Source: Octopus bimaculoides (taxonomy: Eukaryota). Taken from it: a stretch of DNA of 63,291 nucleotides. Each line of letters begins with the position of its first letter. Position 1 is the first letter of the stretch. A program made the position numbers and the translations under genes. Below the pieces are notes generated by a model that was not told the origin of the DNA, made no database searches, and worked only from the letters and a program-made list of their open reading frames with translations. This document shows, piece after piece, positions 13,731-26,689 of the stretch. The stretch spans positions 35,650,149 to 35,713,439 of the forward strand of contig NC_068987.1 in NCBI RefSeq assembly GCF_001194135.2, given 5' to 3'.

Positions 13731-14122
13731 AATAATAATAATAATTTAGTGAACTGTCTCCCTCTCCATTTCCCTTTATCCATGCGTCCATGTGTCTGGT
13801 TGTATTTCTATATACACGTATACGTGCCTGACTGCATGTTTACCATGTATTAAGTTATATACCTACAAAAGTAAATATATATAGATTTGTGGGGGTATGC
13901 TCGCTCGGGCATCTGTGTATGTATATGTGTGCATGTGCATGTATGTGAATATTTTTGTATATGTATATGTATGTGAGTGCGCGTACATATCCGTATATGT
14001 GTGTGCGTGTGAGTGTATATATGTATGTATATATGTATAAAATTATGGACTGCGACCATTACATAAATAGCATTTTCAGGATTAAATAAAAGGAAGACAA
14101 CTAACGGAAAATAAGACATGCA

Positions 14123-15445
14123 TATCATTCACACACGGTAGTGTGTGAATTATATTCTTAAGGTCAACATTTACTCACACGCGACCACTTCTACGCCTTG
14201 TCACTAACTCAGGTTTTAACCAAATCAGATAATATCTACATTCTTAGATTCGTCATATCCTAAGCTACATTGTCGGCTACAAAATTTGAAATTTGCTTCG
14301 GGAGAAAACAAGTCAAAATCGGGAGAGTAAAGCTCGAAATCGACTTTGAAACAAAATACTATTTGTAAAGAAATCTACATTTTATTTTAGCTTATATGAT
14401 AGATCTCCGCGAGACAAATCTATCCATGTTAGTTATATGCAAAAATATTCAGTAGAAAAAATTACGCAGGTAAAAACCGGTGAAAATAGATTAACGCCTG
14501 ATATCGATTTTGTCTCCAAATATTATTCTTATTTTAGAAGATAACTATATTCATATTCAACTTTTCTGATAGATCTCCACTAGAAGAATCCGATGATGCC
14601 AACTCTCTATATAAAAATAATAGATAAAATATCTACTGCGGCCAAATATGACAAAAAACGTGGTAACGCCTAAAATCAAATTCAAAACATGAACATTTTT
14701 TTTTGGTTTAGTTCATATCATAGAACTCATGAAGACGAGCGTCGTGGTGCTAATCTCCTCACAAAGTATCATTCACACCCGGTAGTGTGTGAATAATATT
14801 CTTAAGGTTAACATTTACTCACTCACAGCCACTCCTTGGCTTTGTCACTGACACAGCTTTTTTAACCATATTAGACGATGTTTACATTTTTAGATTCGGC
14901 ACATCATAAACTACTTTTCGAGCGAAGAAATCTGAATATTGCTCCAGTAGAAAAAGTATCAGTCAAATATGTGAAGTCACAAACGGAAGAATAACACCTG
15001 AAATCGACTTTGAGTCGAAATATTTTTGTTTTTAAATAAATCTATAATTTATTTTTACTTATATAACAGGTCTCGACAACAGGAATCTATCCATGCTAGT
15101 TATATGCAAAAAATATTCAGTACGAAAAAAGTAAACCGGCGAAAAATGGGGGATTAACGCCTGCCATCGAATTTGACTCCAAGTATTCTTCTTCTTTTAT
15201 GAGAAAACTATATTGAAATTTAACTGATAGATCTCGACTACAGGAATCTCATGAATGCTAATACTATGAAAAAAAAAATTAGATAAAAATCTTATGGGTC
15301 CACATGTGCCGAAAAATTTGAGGTAACGCCTTAAATCAAATTGAAAACCTAAACATTTTCTTTTTGTGTAAAAATTTTATGTTTGTTTAGCTCATATGAT
15401 ACAACTCATGAAGACAAGTGCCGTAGTGCTAATCCTTTCCAAAAA
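14123..15445. repeat. Tandem pair of ~644/680-bp units with hairpin and internal subrepeats (Helitron/Helentron-like non-autonomous element)
   Basis: Unit 1 is ~14123-14766 and unit 2 ~14767-15445. Each starts with hairpin attcacac(a/c)c-ggta-gtgtgtgaat (14127-14150, 14771-14794) and contains recurring aacgcct..aaatc and atagatctc motifs. The class assignment is inference. Confidence 0.7.
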
Positions 15446-15541
15446 TATTCAAAATTTTAAAAAATGTTATTCTATAAGCTAAATGTACCGAAGGTACGTA
15501 AAACAATTTGCAAGTAATATCATAATATATTGCAGTACTAA

Positions 15542-15720
15542 GGCGAAGAGCTGGCAGAGTCGCTAACACGCAGGGTAAAAAACTTCGCGGCACTTCGTCT
15601 GTCTCTATATTGTTAGTTCCAATTCCACCAAGGTCGATTTTCCTTTTATTTTTTCGGTACTTGATAAAATGAATATCAGCAGAGCATGGAAGTCGATGTA
15701 ATCAACATTCATCTCCTCCG
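15542..15720 (+). mobile_element. SINE family B (Deu/Nin-domain-like), degenerate
   Basis: ggcgaagagctggcagagtcgctaacacgc...ggtcgattttccttt; homologous to 39047-39265. Confidence 0.8.
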
Positions 15721-15818
15721 GATTTGATGTCCTTCTTGCTAACATTAGAAACCAATATTGCAAAATGTTTGTTTAGTTATCTTGCAAAAATCTACTTCAT
15801 ATTCATAGAATACACTTT

Positions 15819-16034
15819 ATTCTTTTCTACTCTAGGCACAAGGCACAAAATATTGGGGGAGGAGGTCAGTCGATTAGATCGACCCCAGTACGCAACTAGT
15901 ACTTAATTTATCGACCCCGAAAAGATGAAAAGCAATGTCGACCTGGGCAGAATTTAAAATTCAGAATGTAAAGACTGACGAAATACTGCTAAGCATTTCA
16001 TCGAGTGTGCTAACGTTTCTACCAGCTCGCTGCT
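15819..16034 (-). mobile_element. SINE family B
   Basis: The reverse complement matches 39047-39265 (gagctggtagaaacgttagc...gtcgataaattaagtactagttgcgtactggggtcgatctaatcgac). Confidence 0.9.
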
Positions 16035-17785
16035 TTAATAAAGTTGGATGCGGCGCTATATGAACTCGGAAATTAAAGAGCCGGAATACATCAATTTTGC
16101 CTGAATATTTAGCGATTCTGCCATTAAATGAATACACTATATTGTAATAAATATTTTTTTTTTACCTATGTACATACATACATACCTGCATACATGCGTA
16201 CATACATACATAAATACAAACATACATGCATACATATTGCAGAAAAATGTTACTGACGTTTAAATTTTAATCCTTTTCACCTAATAAAGATAGGATTTAG
16301 AAGCTGACAGTTTCTTCATGACAGTTGTCAATCACAAAATGAAAGCAATATCAATATACGAGTAGGAAGTTTTATTAAACAAACGAAAGCACAGCATTAC
16401 GACGTCCAAAGGCGTAAGAATTTCTTTAGTTTTCATAAGTTTTTGTTTGCTTTTAAACTTTACTTCAATATTAAGAGTAACGGAGTTGAAATTCTTATTT
16501 CATAAGATAAATTGACAAGGCTTTTGCATTCAGATAGTATTATTGGATTTTCAGAATAGCAGGATTCAGATGTTTTGTTTTCAAGCAAGTTGACGAGAAC
16601 AGTACCTGAATTGTAGGCTTTAATTTTATTTTACATGAATTTCGACCAACAAACTAACTTTGCCCTAACAAATGCAGGTAGTACATACTGGCTATTTTTG
16701 TATTTTTAAAAATGTTATGTTAGCTATAACTTTACTATTCATATGATCAGATTTCTTTTTATTACATAGTTGATATATTCTCATACTTCTTCTTGCTAGC
16801 TCTTCTTACTATATATAGATATAGCTAATTTATTTCTTGATTTTATAAGGAAATTAGTATTACGTTAATATTCACTATTATATAGAAACTTATTTTTCAT
16901 AATGAATTTGCGCACTTTCTTTTTTGGCGGATTCGTATTATGCACTTTCTTCCAATATAAAAAAAAATGGTATATACAGTGAAGATATAGGATCTAATAT
17001 TTTTTTTACAATTATAATTACATTCTCATTATCCTTAAAATTCCACATTATACTAGGTAAATTTGAGATAATTTATTTCCTTTATTATGAGAATCTACAA
17101 AAAGTAAATCATTAAAAGCATGGTACAAGAAATAGTCAAAAATAATTTAAACAATTTTCTTTTTAAAACATGTCTTTCCAAATATACAATCAAAATAGTC
17201 ATTTTATTTAGTTGTAACAAGTACAAACAATAAAATATGAAGTTGTAAATAATATTGCAATTGATTGCTGTAGGATGGTCATTAAATGGTTTCAAATCAA
17301 ACATATGCTCACTTATTTGTTCCACATTCCAAAAAATTAATCTGACAAATATATCATAAGTAATATGTATTAGTTAGTCTTCATACAGTAGAATTAGCAT
17401 AATTTGTCTTTGGCTAATTCATTACTTCACCTAATTCGTCACTTACAGTTTTCTCGGAGGGATTACTGATTAAACGAATTCTAAAGCATATTTTTAACAT
17501 GTGGTATAGGGAATCTGAACGACCCCATGATTGGCTAAGTGAACTATACTAGTTAGTATAAATAAGCAGTCTGCCAAGAGTGTCACATGCGCTACTTAGA
17601 GTTTCGGCTGATTATTTATTGTTTGACGTCGTTTTGTTGCAGCTGTTCCCTTTGAGACTGTCTCGTGTTTAAAACCTGTTAGTGTCTTTTGACACGTTGT
17701 TCGCATGAACAGGCTAGGTGTAAATATTGTTCCCCCGTTAGGGGCAATTTGTTTTCATTTTGTGTGGGAATTGTACCCGCTCAAA

Positions 17786-18510
17786 ATGACAAGTGATGTG
17801 TATGAAATTTTAGAGTTGCTGGAGAGCGTTGACGAAAGTGACTCGGAAGAAAGTGTTGAAGAATATGCAGCAGCAGTTGGTAAAAAGCAAAGAAGATAGA
17901 ACATCAGACCAGAAGCCGTGCAAAAGTTTCAACCAATTCTGCGAGGAAAGAAAGCAAACGTGAGAGTAACTCCCCGCCCCCCAAAAAGTCACAGAATAAA
18001 CAAGAAAATGAACGATAGTTTATAGAACATTATCTCTTAACACAAAGAAGACAGAGATAGCGTATATCGAAGAAATTGAAAATGCCCTAAAACACGATTT
18101 GTTCAAGGTAGCATTCATGAAAAGAGGAAAGAAATTTGGTACCGTGGAGGTACAATTCATGTCAGAATATGACGCCAGGGATGATTCTGCGATCACCCTG
18201 CAGACGAACGACCTGTTTCTTTTACCGTTACAAAAGAACCACGTAAATCGCAATAGAAGGTTATCCACCTGAAATTAGATCGGCGTGGCTGATAGCAGAA
18301 GCGTGGTCGAATTTGAAGGAAGAGGTGACATTGCTGGAGTTCGAGAAAAAAGTAAAGAACTGGTGTGGTGGGTGTCTTCGGGGGACAATTGAAGCCACAC
18401 CAGCAGAAATGAGGAAATTCCAGAATTTATTATTCTGCCGGATGAGACAAAACTGAGAGCCTCAATCCAGAGCAGAATCCCAAGATGTTTCGAGTGCGGA
18501 CTGACGGAAA
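17786..18510 (+). pseudogene. L1/Tx1-clade ORF1 relic, copy a
   Basis: Frameshifted translation IEEIENALKHDLFKVAFMKRGKKFGTVEVQF..IEGYPPEIRSAWL..IPEFIILPDETKLRASIQSRIPRCFECG. The zinc knuckle is truncated. Homologous to the ORF1s at 18739, 48331 and 50443. Confidence 0.75.
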
Positions 18511-18738
18511 ACAAGGAAAACGTACCCCCAGACCCTTCAGCATTTATTTTTAACTGTGTCTTTCACCCGACGGGAGAAGGATTCGCACTATTGTCTCTCA
18601 CGCGAGAGAATAATTGATTCAAATTCTCTTCTGAGAGAATTAATTTGGAAAAAACTATTTCTCTTACGAAAAAAGAAAATTTGTCAATTGAAATTATTAA
18701 AGAGTGAATGGCTCATCTGCAAACACTCCAAACAAAAT

Positions 18739-19420
18739 ATGGCAAGTACAGTTGCCACAGATGTTGCAGCAGTAGTCATGGTACATCAATAAAATATGTT
18801 AAGCCCACGATCGGAGTACCAGACATATTATGAAATGTTGACGGTGAACGGAGGCGATATTCGCATCGCCGCACCAAGTGTCGTTGCAACACAAGCGAGG
18901 AACAAAATAATTGTTTACAATGCAGAAAAATATTGAAACTTTACCGAAGGAGAAAATCGAAAAATGGCTCGGACCTATATGGAAGGATATCACATATGTC
19001 TCGAGTGAAAATGGTTCCTTCAGTAGAGGTACGTCTTGTCATAGTTGAGAAATCTGGAGGACACTTGTGGAGACTTTAAAAACAAATGAGGCGATACTTC
19101 TGCCTTCATATTTGGGACGTAGAACACATGCCCAATAAAAATTGAAGAAGTACTACCAGAGATAGACGTCGCCTGGGTAGTGGCAGCAGTGGGTTTAATA
19201 TACTACAAATTACTCGCTCTGCACCCCCAAAACTGGCTACGTCAGAACCTGGAAGTTCTAACACAGGCGGCACCATGGGATCTGGAAGAGATCCCCGATC
19301 CTTTGCTCGTAGGCGAGGAAGTAATACTAAAAGTTCAAGTCGAGGAGCGGAAAACTGGTTGTTTCGACTGTGGTCAGAAGGCCCACTTATGAGCAAAGTG
19401 TGGTACATCCGGGTTGACAT
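18739..19420 (+). pseudogene. L1/Tx1-clade ORF1 relic, copy b, with CCHC zinc knuckle
   Basis: LLPSYLGRR..IEEVLPEIDVAWVVAA..IPDPLLVGEEVILKVQVEERKTGCFDCGQKAHL*AKC; CX2CX4HX4C at ~19360-19401. Confidence 0.8.
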
Positions 19421-20137
19421 CAGTCAGATGCCTGAATTTTAGAAAAAGGGCCTACCTCTGGTGACAGCAATAAAGTAAATAGTATTTTTGTTGATGGATA
19501 CTGCGTATTGTTGGAGGATATGCATTTGTTTGCAGAGCTATAGCTGGCAGTCGGGAACTGAATATGTTAGCGCTCGGGCGACAATAGTCCACTTGATGGT
19601 GGGTGTTTCGTCCCGGAGATCACGGAGTGTCCAGAGCAAACGAGTAGAGATCTCTCTGACCCTAGATCTGTACAAGTGCATATACTGAGAGAATTTTCAT
19701 TTAAAGACATTAGTTGTCTAACCCGTACATCGCCTAGTAATGCTGTTGTATGGTAAAGGATGAGTCTGTTTACTACAGCCTTTGAGAGGCAGGATTCTTC
19801 TAGAGAGCACACAATGAAGATTCTAAGGTTGCATGTTGTGGTTGGGGGTGCGATTGCATTTTACCGCTGTTGATACGTGAGATGTTAAATATGAAGCTGT
19901 CTATGCAGGAATAGTACAGCTTGACATTATGAGTGTTGAAGAGTATATATGTAAGTATATATTTATATATAAATATATATGTATATATATATATTTCGTT
20001 TTGGGATTTAGTTTGCAAGATTTTTTATGTGATTTCGTGTGTTGAAGCATATTCTGTTGTGTCTGGGGAGATTCATTTTCTTATTGTGCCTTAAAATTTT
20101 AACACACTCACCGTTAAAATTTCCACTTATTTATTAT

Positions 20138-20335
20138 TTTTATTTTCCTTAAATTTTCGTTGCGTCTTGCAACCATTTCAATAGTCTTGACTATGTCCGT
20201 TATTTACGCTGCGTTTTGTTTGTGCTTTTGTTTGTTTTTACTTTTTGTTTTTTTTTTTGCTCAGCGTAAATAACGGACAGAGTCAAGACTATTGAAAAGG
20301 TTGCAAGAAGCAACGGAAATTTTAGGAAAATAAAA
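20138..20335. repeat. Near-perfect 74-bp inverted repeat with 50-nt T-rich loop
   Basis: Arms 20138-20211 and 20262-20335 have about 5 mismatches by hand alignment; the right arm runs into the N-gap. Confidence 0.95.
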
Positions 20336-21155
20336 NNNNNNNNNNNNNNNNNNNNNNNNNNNNNNNNNNNNNNNNNNNNNNNNNNNNNNNNNNNNNNNNN
20401 NNNNNNNNNNNNNNNNNNNNNNNNNNNNNNNNNNNNNNNNNNNNNNNNNNNNNNNNNNNNNNNNNNNNNNNNNNNNNNNNNNNNNNNNNNNNNNNNNNNN
20501 NNNNNNNNNNNNNNNNNNNNNNNNNNNNNNNNNNNNNNNNNNNNNNNNNNNNNNNNNNNNNNNNNNNNNNNNNNNNNNNNNNNNNNNNNNNNNNNNNNNN
20601 NNNNNNNNNNNNNNNNNNNNNNNNNNNNNNNNNNNNNNNNNNNNNNNNNNNNNNNNNNNNNNNNNNNNNNNNNNNNNNNNNNNNNNNNNNNNNNNNNNNN
20701 NNNNNNNNNNNNNNNNNNNNNNNNNNNNNNNNNNNNNNNNNNNNNNNNNNNNNNNNNNNNNNNNNNNNNNNNNNNNNNNNNNNNNNNNNNNNNNNNNNNN
20801 NNNNNNNNNNNNNNNNNNNNNNNNNNNNNNNNNNNNNNNNNNNNNNNNNNNNNNNNNNNNNNNNNNNNNNNNNNNNNNNNNNNNNNNNNNNNNNNNNNNN
20901 NNNNNNNNNNNNNNNNNNNNNNNNNNNNNNNNNNNNNNNNNNNNNNNNNNNNNNNNNNNNNNNNNNNNNNNNNNNNNNNNNNNNNNNNNNNNNNNNNNNN
21001 NNNNNNNNNNNNNNNNNNNNNNNNNNNNNNNNNNNNNNNNNNNNNNNNNNNNNNNNNNNNNNNNNNNNNNNNNNNNNNNNNNNNNNNNNNNNNNNNNNNN
21101 NNNNNNNNNNNNNNNNNNNNNNNNNNNNNNNNNNNNNNNNNNNNNNNNNNNNNNN
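20336..21155. other. Assembly gap
   Basis: Run of N. Confidence 0.99.
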
Positions 21156-21226
21156 ATATATATACATACATACATACATCGTTTGTAAGCCGTAAAATAT
21201 CCTTAACTAATTTACGTTGTGGGGTT

Positions 21227-21315
21227 AAAATTCCTCAGTGGTCGACTTTTGGTTTTCACTTTACCTGAGTTTAGAACTGGAGTTCGATCTAATCGACTTA
21301 CTCCTTCTTCAAAAT
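21227..21315 (+). mobile_element. Internally deleted SINE family B fragment
   Basis: aaattcctcagtggtcgacttt...actggagttcgatctaatcgactt matches two blocks of family B. Confidence 0.5.
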
Positions 21316-22714
21316 CACTGACTTCGTTCCAAAACTTTAAACAGCGGGGTCATACAAAATTAGTTGCTACAGACAACCACAAAACTAACTTCGGCTGTCA
21401 AACTAGGTGGAGTAACAGATGATCCTCTTTTTTCTTTTATGTGTGTGATAGTCATTTACTCATTATTAAGTTCTAATATTTAAACTGTCCGTTTTATCAT
21501 TTATCGTTCCGAGATCGATCAATTAATTACTGATCAGTTGTGAATCTTATTTTTTTCATCCCATAAAGTTTTACGCTTTTCACTGCGGTTTGAAATTACT
21601 CCTGGCTGTAGACACAATTTTCCAGTGTTCTGGTATAAAAACTATAGTATACATATATGTTTTGTAATGTTATGCATTTATATACTCGACATTACAATGT
21701 AATTTTTTTGTTGGTATAATACAAATTGTATATCATTTTTAGAAACCTCATCAGACAAATAATTTTATATGTATAATATTTTAAATTATTCAAATATTAT
21801 TTTGTATATTGCTTGAATTAACAAAACAAAATTTATATTGAAATATAAAGTCAGTAAAATACACTGTAATTGATCAATTTATTTTCAGATTTCTCCTTCA
21901 TTATTAAACGTACACATATTTACGATGTATTTGTGTATATGCGTTTATGTGAGCGGTTTAAATTTATTTGACATATATGTTTATGTGTATTTATATTATA
22001 TTTGTGTGTATGTAGTTAATGTATATAGTTCTCTAATGTTATGGGATTTTGTATATTTATGGGTTTTCTCGTATATTGAATTTATATGTAAAGTTCTTAT
22101 TTATGTGTTCATGTATTTTTACTCTGTATTTGTGTACTTATGTTGTTTTGTATGTTTATGATTTCAAATGTATATTTCCAATAAAACTACAAAACTTATA
22201 GCCTATTTGTATATCGTATATTTTCTACTGTTGTTTAGTACACTCCATTTTAGCTGTTAATCTTTAATAGAAAATCTGCCTATGTATAAATATGTGCAGC
22301 ACCATTGAAATTCCATATATTTATTTCATATTTTATTTGCCAACAGAAAATTCCAATGTAATAAATAAGTCGACTATTAGATGCAACTTCTAATATTCAG
22401 TTTGAAAAGAGAATTCATTTAAAAAAAATATATAATATACCGTTTATAGTTCCTGCTAATACTATTAATTCTGTCTATATTTTTACATAGAATGCTTTGT
22501 TGGTTATACTACTGTGATTGTGTGGAACATTAATTGTGATAAATTGCTACTTATTTCCTCTTATCCATATACGCTATTTCTTAATAATATTTATTATATT
22601 GCATTTGTTTTGAGAATTGATGTTTCTATGTAATAAATACATTGCTAAGGCAATTAGTAACCAAGTAATGGAAATAATCATTTAAAAATATTTATATCCC
22701 AATAATAACAAGGA

Positions 22715-22815
22715 GAAAAGAATAAGAATAATAATAACAACAACAAAAACAACAATGGTACCACTACTACTACTAATAATAATAATAATAATTATTATTA
22801 TTATAGTAACAATAA
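22715..22815. repeat. Compound (AAT/AAC/ACT)n microsatellite at the 3' end of the Tx1-like element
   Basis: Direct reading of the sequence. Confidence 0.9.
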
Positions 22816-22819
22816 TATT

Positions 22820-25330
22820 TTCTTTCTTTATTCATCACTAATGGTTCACAAAAAGCATCGGGAACGGTACAATACAATCCGTGGTTAAGCAAATAGATGC
22901 GTGTAAACAGTGAAAACGATATCAATATAAATTTTAACTGCGAAAAAATTCAAAATGAGGAAAACATCCTAGGACTGCTAGTGGAGCCCCCACAAAACCA
23001 CAGTAGAACTGACCATTAGGAGAGCAGACCTCTCCATATCGTTTCCGTTCAATATACTATGGCATACTTAGGGTAAGCCCGATCATTGTTCCCATATACA
23101 CCAAGCTTCCAACAAGAATACTGGAAAGCAGCATTTCTCTCTTTAACCTCACCTGGGCTTGGGCAAAGGCAAAGGGTCTTTCTTCAGCACATTCAATCCA
23201 CTACACAAACTCTTTCGCTAAGGCCACCAGACAAATTATCAATGCACTTTCCACTCAAAGGAAAGTGGTGGGACAATCTTTAGAATAAACTTAGCCGATA
23301 GGCGAGTTCGACCTTCCTGTTGTAGTATGTGTTCGATATAAACTCACTTGTTAGCAATGCCCGCGCATTGGGCTGAACACTTTAGTCGCAGAATGGGCAG
23401 GACATTTTCATCGCTCAGTGCGCATTTCGGGCAAGTCCGGCTTACGGCTCTTCCTTACCAGTAAAATGTATCTAAAATCGACTATGCTCACGATATCACT
23501 GATCCGACACGAAAGTGGAACGGAAGAGGCCAGCAAGCAGTGTCTCCGAGTAAGTCATCGCAATTGACCGTCGCTAACGACAGGGTGGAATATCCACCAA
23601 CAGCATTGCTTAACTGACTGACAAGTGTTTGAGTTTAGCAGCATTTAGGTCTGAAGCATCCTACCTAGCTCTACGCTTATTCCAAAATTGCGGCTCAGTC
23701 AAAGAGATAACCTGCAGAACAGCAACTCTGACGTACAGTGATCATACATGCACATCTTCAACGAAGCGCTGGAGACGTCGTAGCCTCAGCGCATGCCTGC
23801 GCACCTTCATGTACGGCATGCCCAGTCCTCCACAACAAGGCGCTGAAAACAAAGGGAGCGCCTGAACAGAGGAATGCATTCCTTCGACAGAAAGCGGAAG
23901 GGTATTCACTCCATTTTCATTAGACCTAAAATAGGATAGGGCACAACGTTCTGGAGATAATGTATAACGCGGGTGATGTATGAATTTGCCACCTCTGCCC
24001 GGCCTTTCAAAGACACCTATCTCTAGGCAGATTTCTGGATGTGATTAGTTGTCCTGCTCGTCATATTGTCCCAGTTGCTCCCCACCTGGAGATCAGGACC
24101 ACAGCAGAATCAGAACGATTTAACCTCTGTACAGCGCCACATGACGTTATTGGACGGCATGGACCTGCCACTCCAGTGCTGAGCTGCAGGCCCACTGATT
24201 TTTCTTGGTTAAATTTGGTACCTCTCACTTCCTCGTATAAGTTTAGAGCGGTGCTGGTCAAGTTTATATGGCTCGTTTTCGATAATATAACGGTATCGTC
24301 ATCAGCATATGATGACGCAGTTCTCTCACGTCCTAGTTTATGCGGCAAGCCTTTCAACACTTCCAACTTTGACAGTAGTCCCACTAGAGCACGTACGTAC
24401 AGGAGAGAGCAGAGGAATCAACCTTGACATACCAAGCTCATAATGCTGAATGGTTTTGATAAGTAATCACTCACCCGACTTACTCTAATTCAGCCACAGA
24501 AAACGAACCTGAAAATGGCCTCTAACTATTGGTGGTTGATCCTATCTAGGCTTTTCATTGATCAAAATTGATCAGGGCCTCAACCATGCAAGTTTCGTTA
24601 CTCAACCTGTCTATGGTGTATCGCATGAGATGGAGGTTGTTATGCAGAGACGTGTTTGGGATAGCGCATGTCTTCGCCTCACGAATCCGCTCCTCGGCAA
24701 GCCCCAGACTCTTCTGTAACACCTTGGGAAAAAGTTTGAAATTGGCATTCAGAAGCGTTATCGGCCTCAAATTTTCTCATTGACAATCTTTGATTTGGTG
24801 CATCCTTAACATTGCTACAGCTCCTCAATTCAGGGTACTAAGTATTCTTCCGCACCGCTTCCAATTGTCAAAAGGCCGCTAATTATGTCTAGAGTATTAA
24901 AGTATATTTCATACAGCAGACCGCTCAAACAAGACGTTTTACCCACCATCAGCCCATCATAGTACTCCGTATTTCATTTGCCATAAACAGTCTAGCGAAG
25001 TGCTGAAGAAATGCTGCACACATATGCTCGGGCTCGTAACCACTTTTCTTAGTTTACGGGTATTTGCTCTGAAAACTCTTTATATCTTTCTGTCGCTTAT
25101 ACATTACTAAGCCTAATAGATTGTAATCTAATTGCCTTTTCAGGAGAAAACACCATTTGTTATTGAAGATTGACCCCGTTGAACAATTCTCTAAACTGTT
25201 CTTTATAAACCTATCTCGTGGGGAGTGACGCTTTCAGTATCCAATTACCTGATACTGTCTACGAAACCTATTTATTCCAACCGTGCTCATCACAAAGTTG
25301 TGGTCTTTGTAGCCGGCGATTTTGGAAAAT
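22820..25330 (-). mobile_element. L1/Tx1-clade ORF2 relic (RT, C-terminal Cys region and 3' UTR)
   Basis: RPITLLNANFKLFPKVL..TCAIP..LHNNLHLMRY..ALINFDQ, ASSYADDDTVI..YEEVRGTKFNQEKSVGL and VSRTCPKCALSDENVL. The 3' end has AATAAA followed by a microsatellite. Confidence 0.9.
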
Positions 25331-25364
25331 AAAGAACTTATGCTATTATTATCTACATAGACAG

Positions 25365-26620
25365 TATATTAGGTAGGATATGGGTAGTTCCCATGAGCAT
25401 TAACTTTTGAATTTCTGCCATTTCGGTATTTCCTGGTATCTGAGCTAGGTAGGAATGAGGCTATTTTGCTATCATCTCTAGGGCACTTATAACGACAGGA
25501 ATTGCTTTAGTCTTGAGGATCCACATTTCACCAATTTCTATTTTAAGGTCTTACTCAGTTTTTGGTAGGTCTTGACAGATATTTTTATGTCGATTGGGAC
25601 AGAATATAAGGTGGCATGACTTTTGTTTGCATCCTTTTTCAGTATAATATCTGGCCTATTCGCGTCTATCTTTCTGTCAGTTTGAACGGTGAAGATCCAG
25701 AGGAGTGAGATATGATCACTTTCAAGCACTGGATGTGGCTGTGTTTTCACCATTTGTTATCATGGGACAGGTTCAGGTTTTTGCACATTAACCAGTGAAT
25801 ATACTGTGCTGCTCTATCATGCCTGTGGAGTTAAACTGCAGGCGCAAGAAGATTGCACGTGGAGACAGCATGATCAATGATTTCATATTGTTGTTTACAT
25901 ACACGACATGCTGGGCTACTGCCGTTCTATAATATGTTGGCCTGGTAGTTCCTTGTATATAGGTATTGATCTTGGGCTGCTATGATAAACCCTTCTGTTT
26001 CTGATTTTAAGCCAGGAGACACTGACCATTGATGGGTAATCGCATTGTCAAAATCGGCATTCTTCGCTCTCTTTGGGTATTAGCCATTGAGAGGTTTTTC
26101 TTGCCATTTATCAGTTAGAATGTCTAAGGCAGCGGTTTTAGCACAGGCTTCCATAAACATAGTATTTCTGTGCCTGTTTCCATTACGTCTAATTCTGGGA
26201 TTTATTGCATTTGCAAGTCAATTACATATATATTTGCCTGTTTTGTTACTGATTATGATGCTCCACTAGAACCTTTTTCATTCATTGTGCTTGGTTATTT
26301 GATAAGGTGCGTGTATGACGATTTGAACCAGTAGCTGATTGTTCGTACCCTGTGCAGTTCCTCACTGGGGTACGCGGCGCTCGTTGATCAAGGTGATGGC
26401 CGATCCTGTTTGCATTTCACTTAGTTATCATTGGTGCATGACGAGCTTGGAAGTTGACATTAGGTGACTAATCTGTCTGTTTAGGGTTAGTTTTTGAGAC
26501 AACACCACTTCCGAGTCCTCTGAATTAAAACATTGCGCGTAACGTAGCTTATTAAGTGTAGCAGGTCTGTATTCGTCTCAATATCTTTTTGTTGATAGAT
26601 TTAGCTCCATCATTGATTTT
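25365..26620 (-). mobile_element. RLE-type non-LTR retrotransposon (R4/Dong-like), internally deleted copy B
   Basis: The 5' region is joined to KPLNG..GLKSETEGFIIAAQDQ..CRVC..HRHD, then endonuclease LLWIFTVQTDRKIDANRPDII and terminal QKLMLMGTTHIL..LSM*. Confidence 0.88.
26335..26403 (-). ncRNA. Candidate HDV-like ribozyme, degenerate (5' region of LINE copy B)
   Basis: Homologous to 29070-29132 (ccgcg..cccagtgaggaac..ggt.cgaa). Putative P2 is UUGAU/AUCAG; P1 pairs poorly. Confidence 0.35.
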
Positions 26621-26689
26621 TGTGGTATCTTTAAACTTATGAATTGTTCACTTTGCCTGTGTTAGTTCGAGAAATAAAAAAATATTGTT

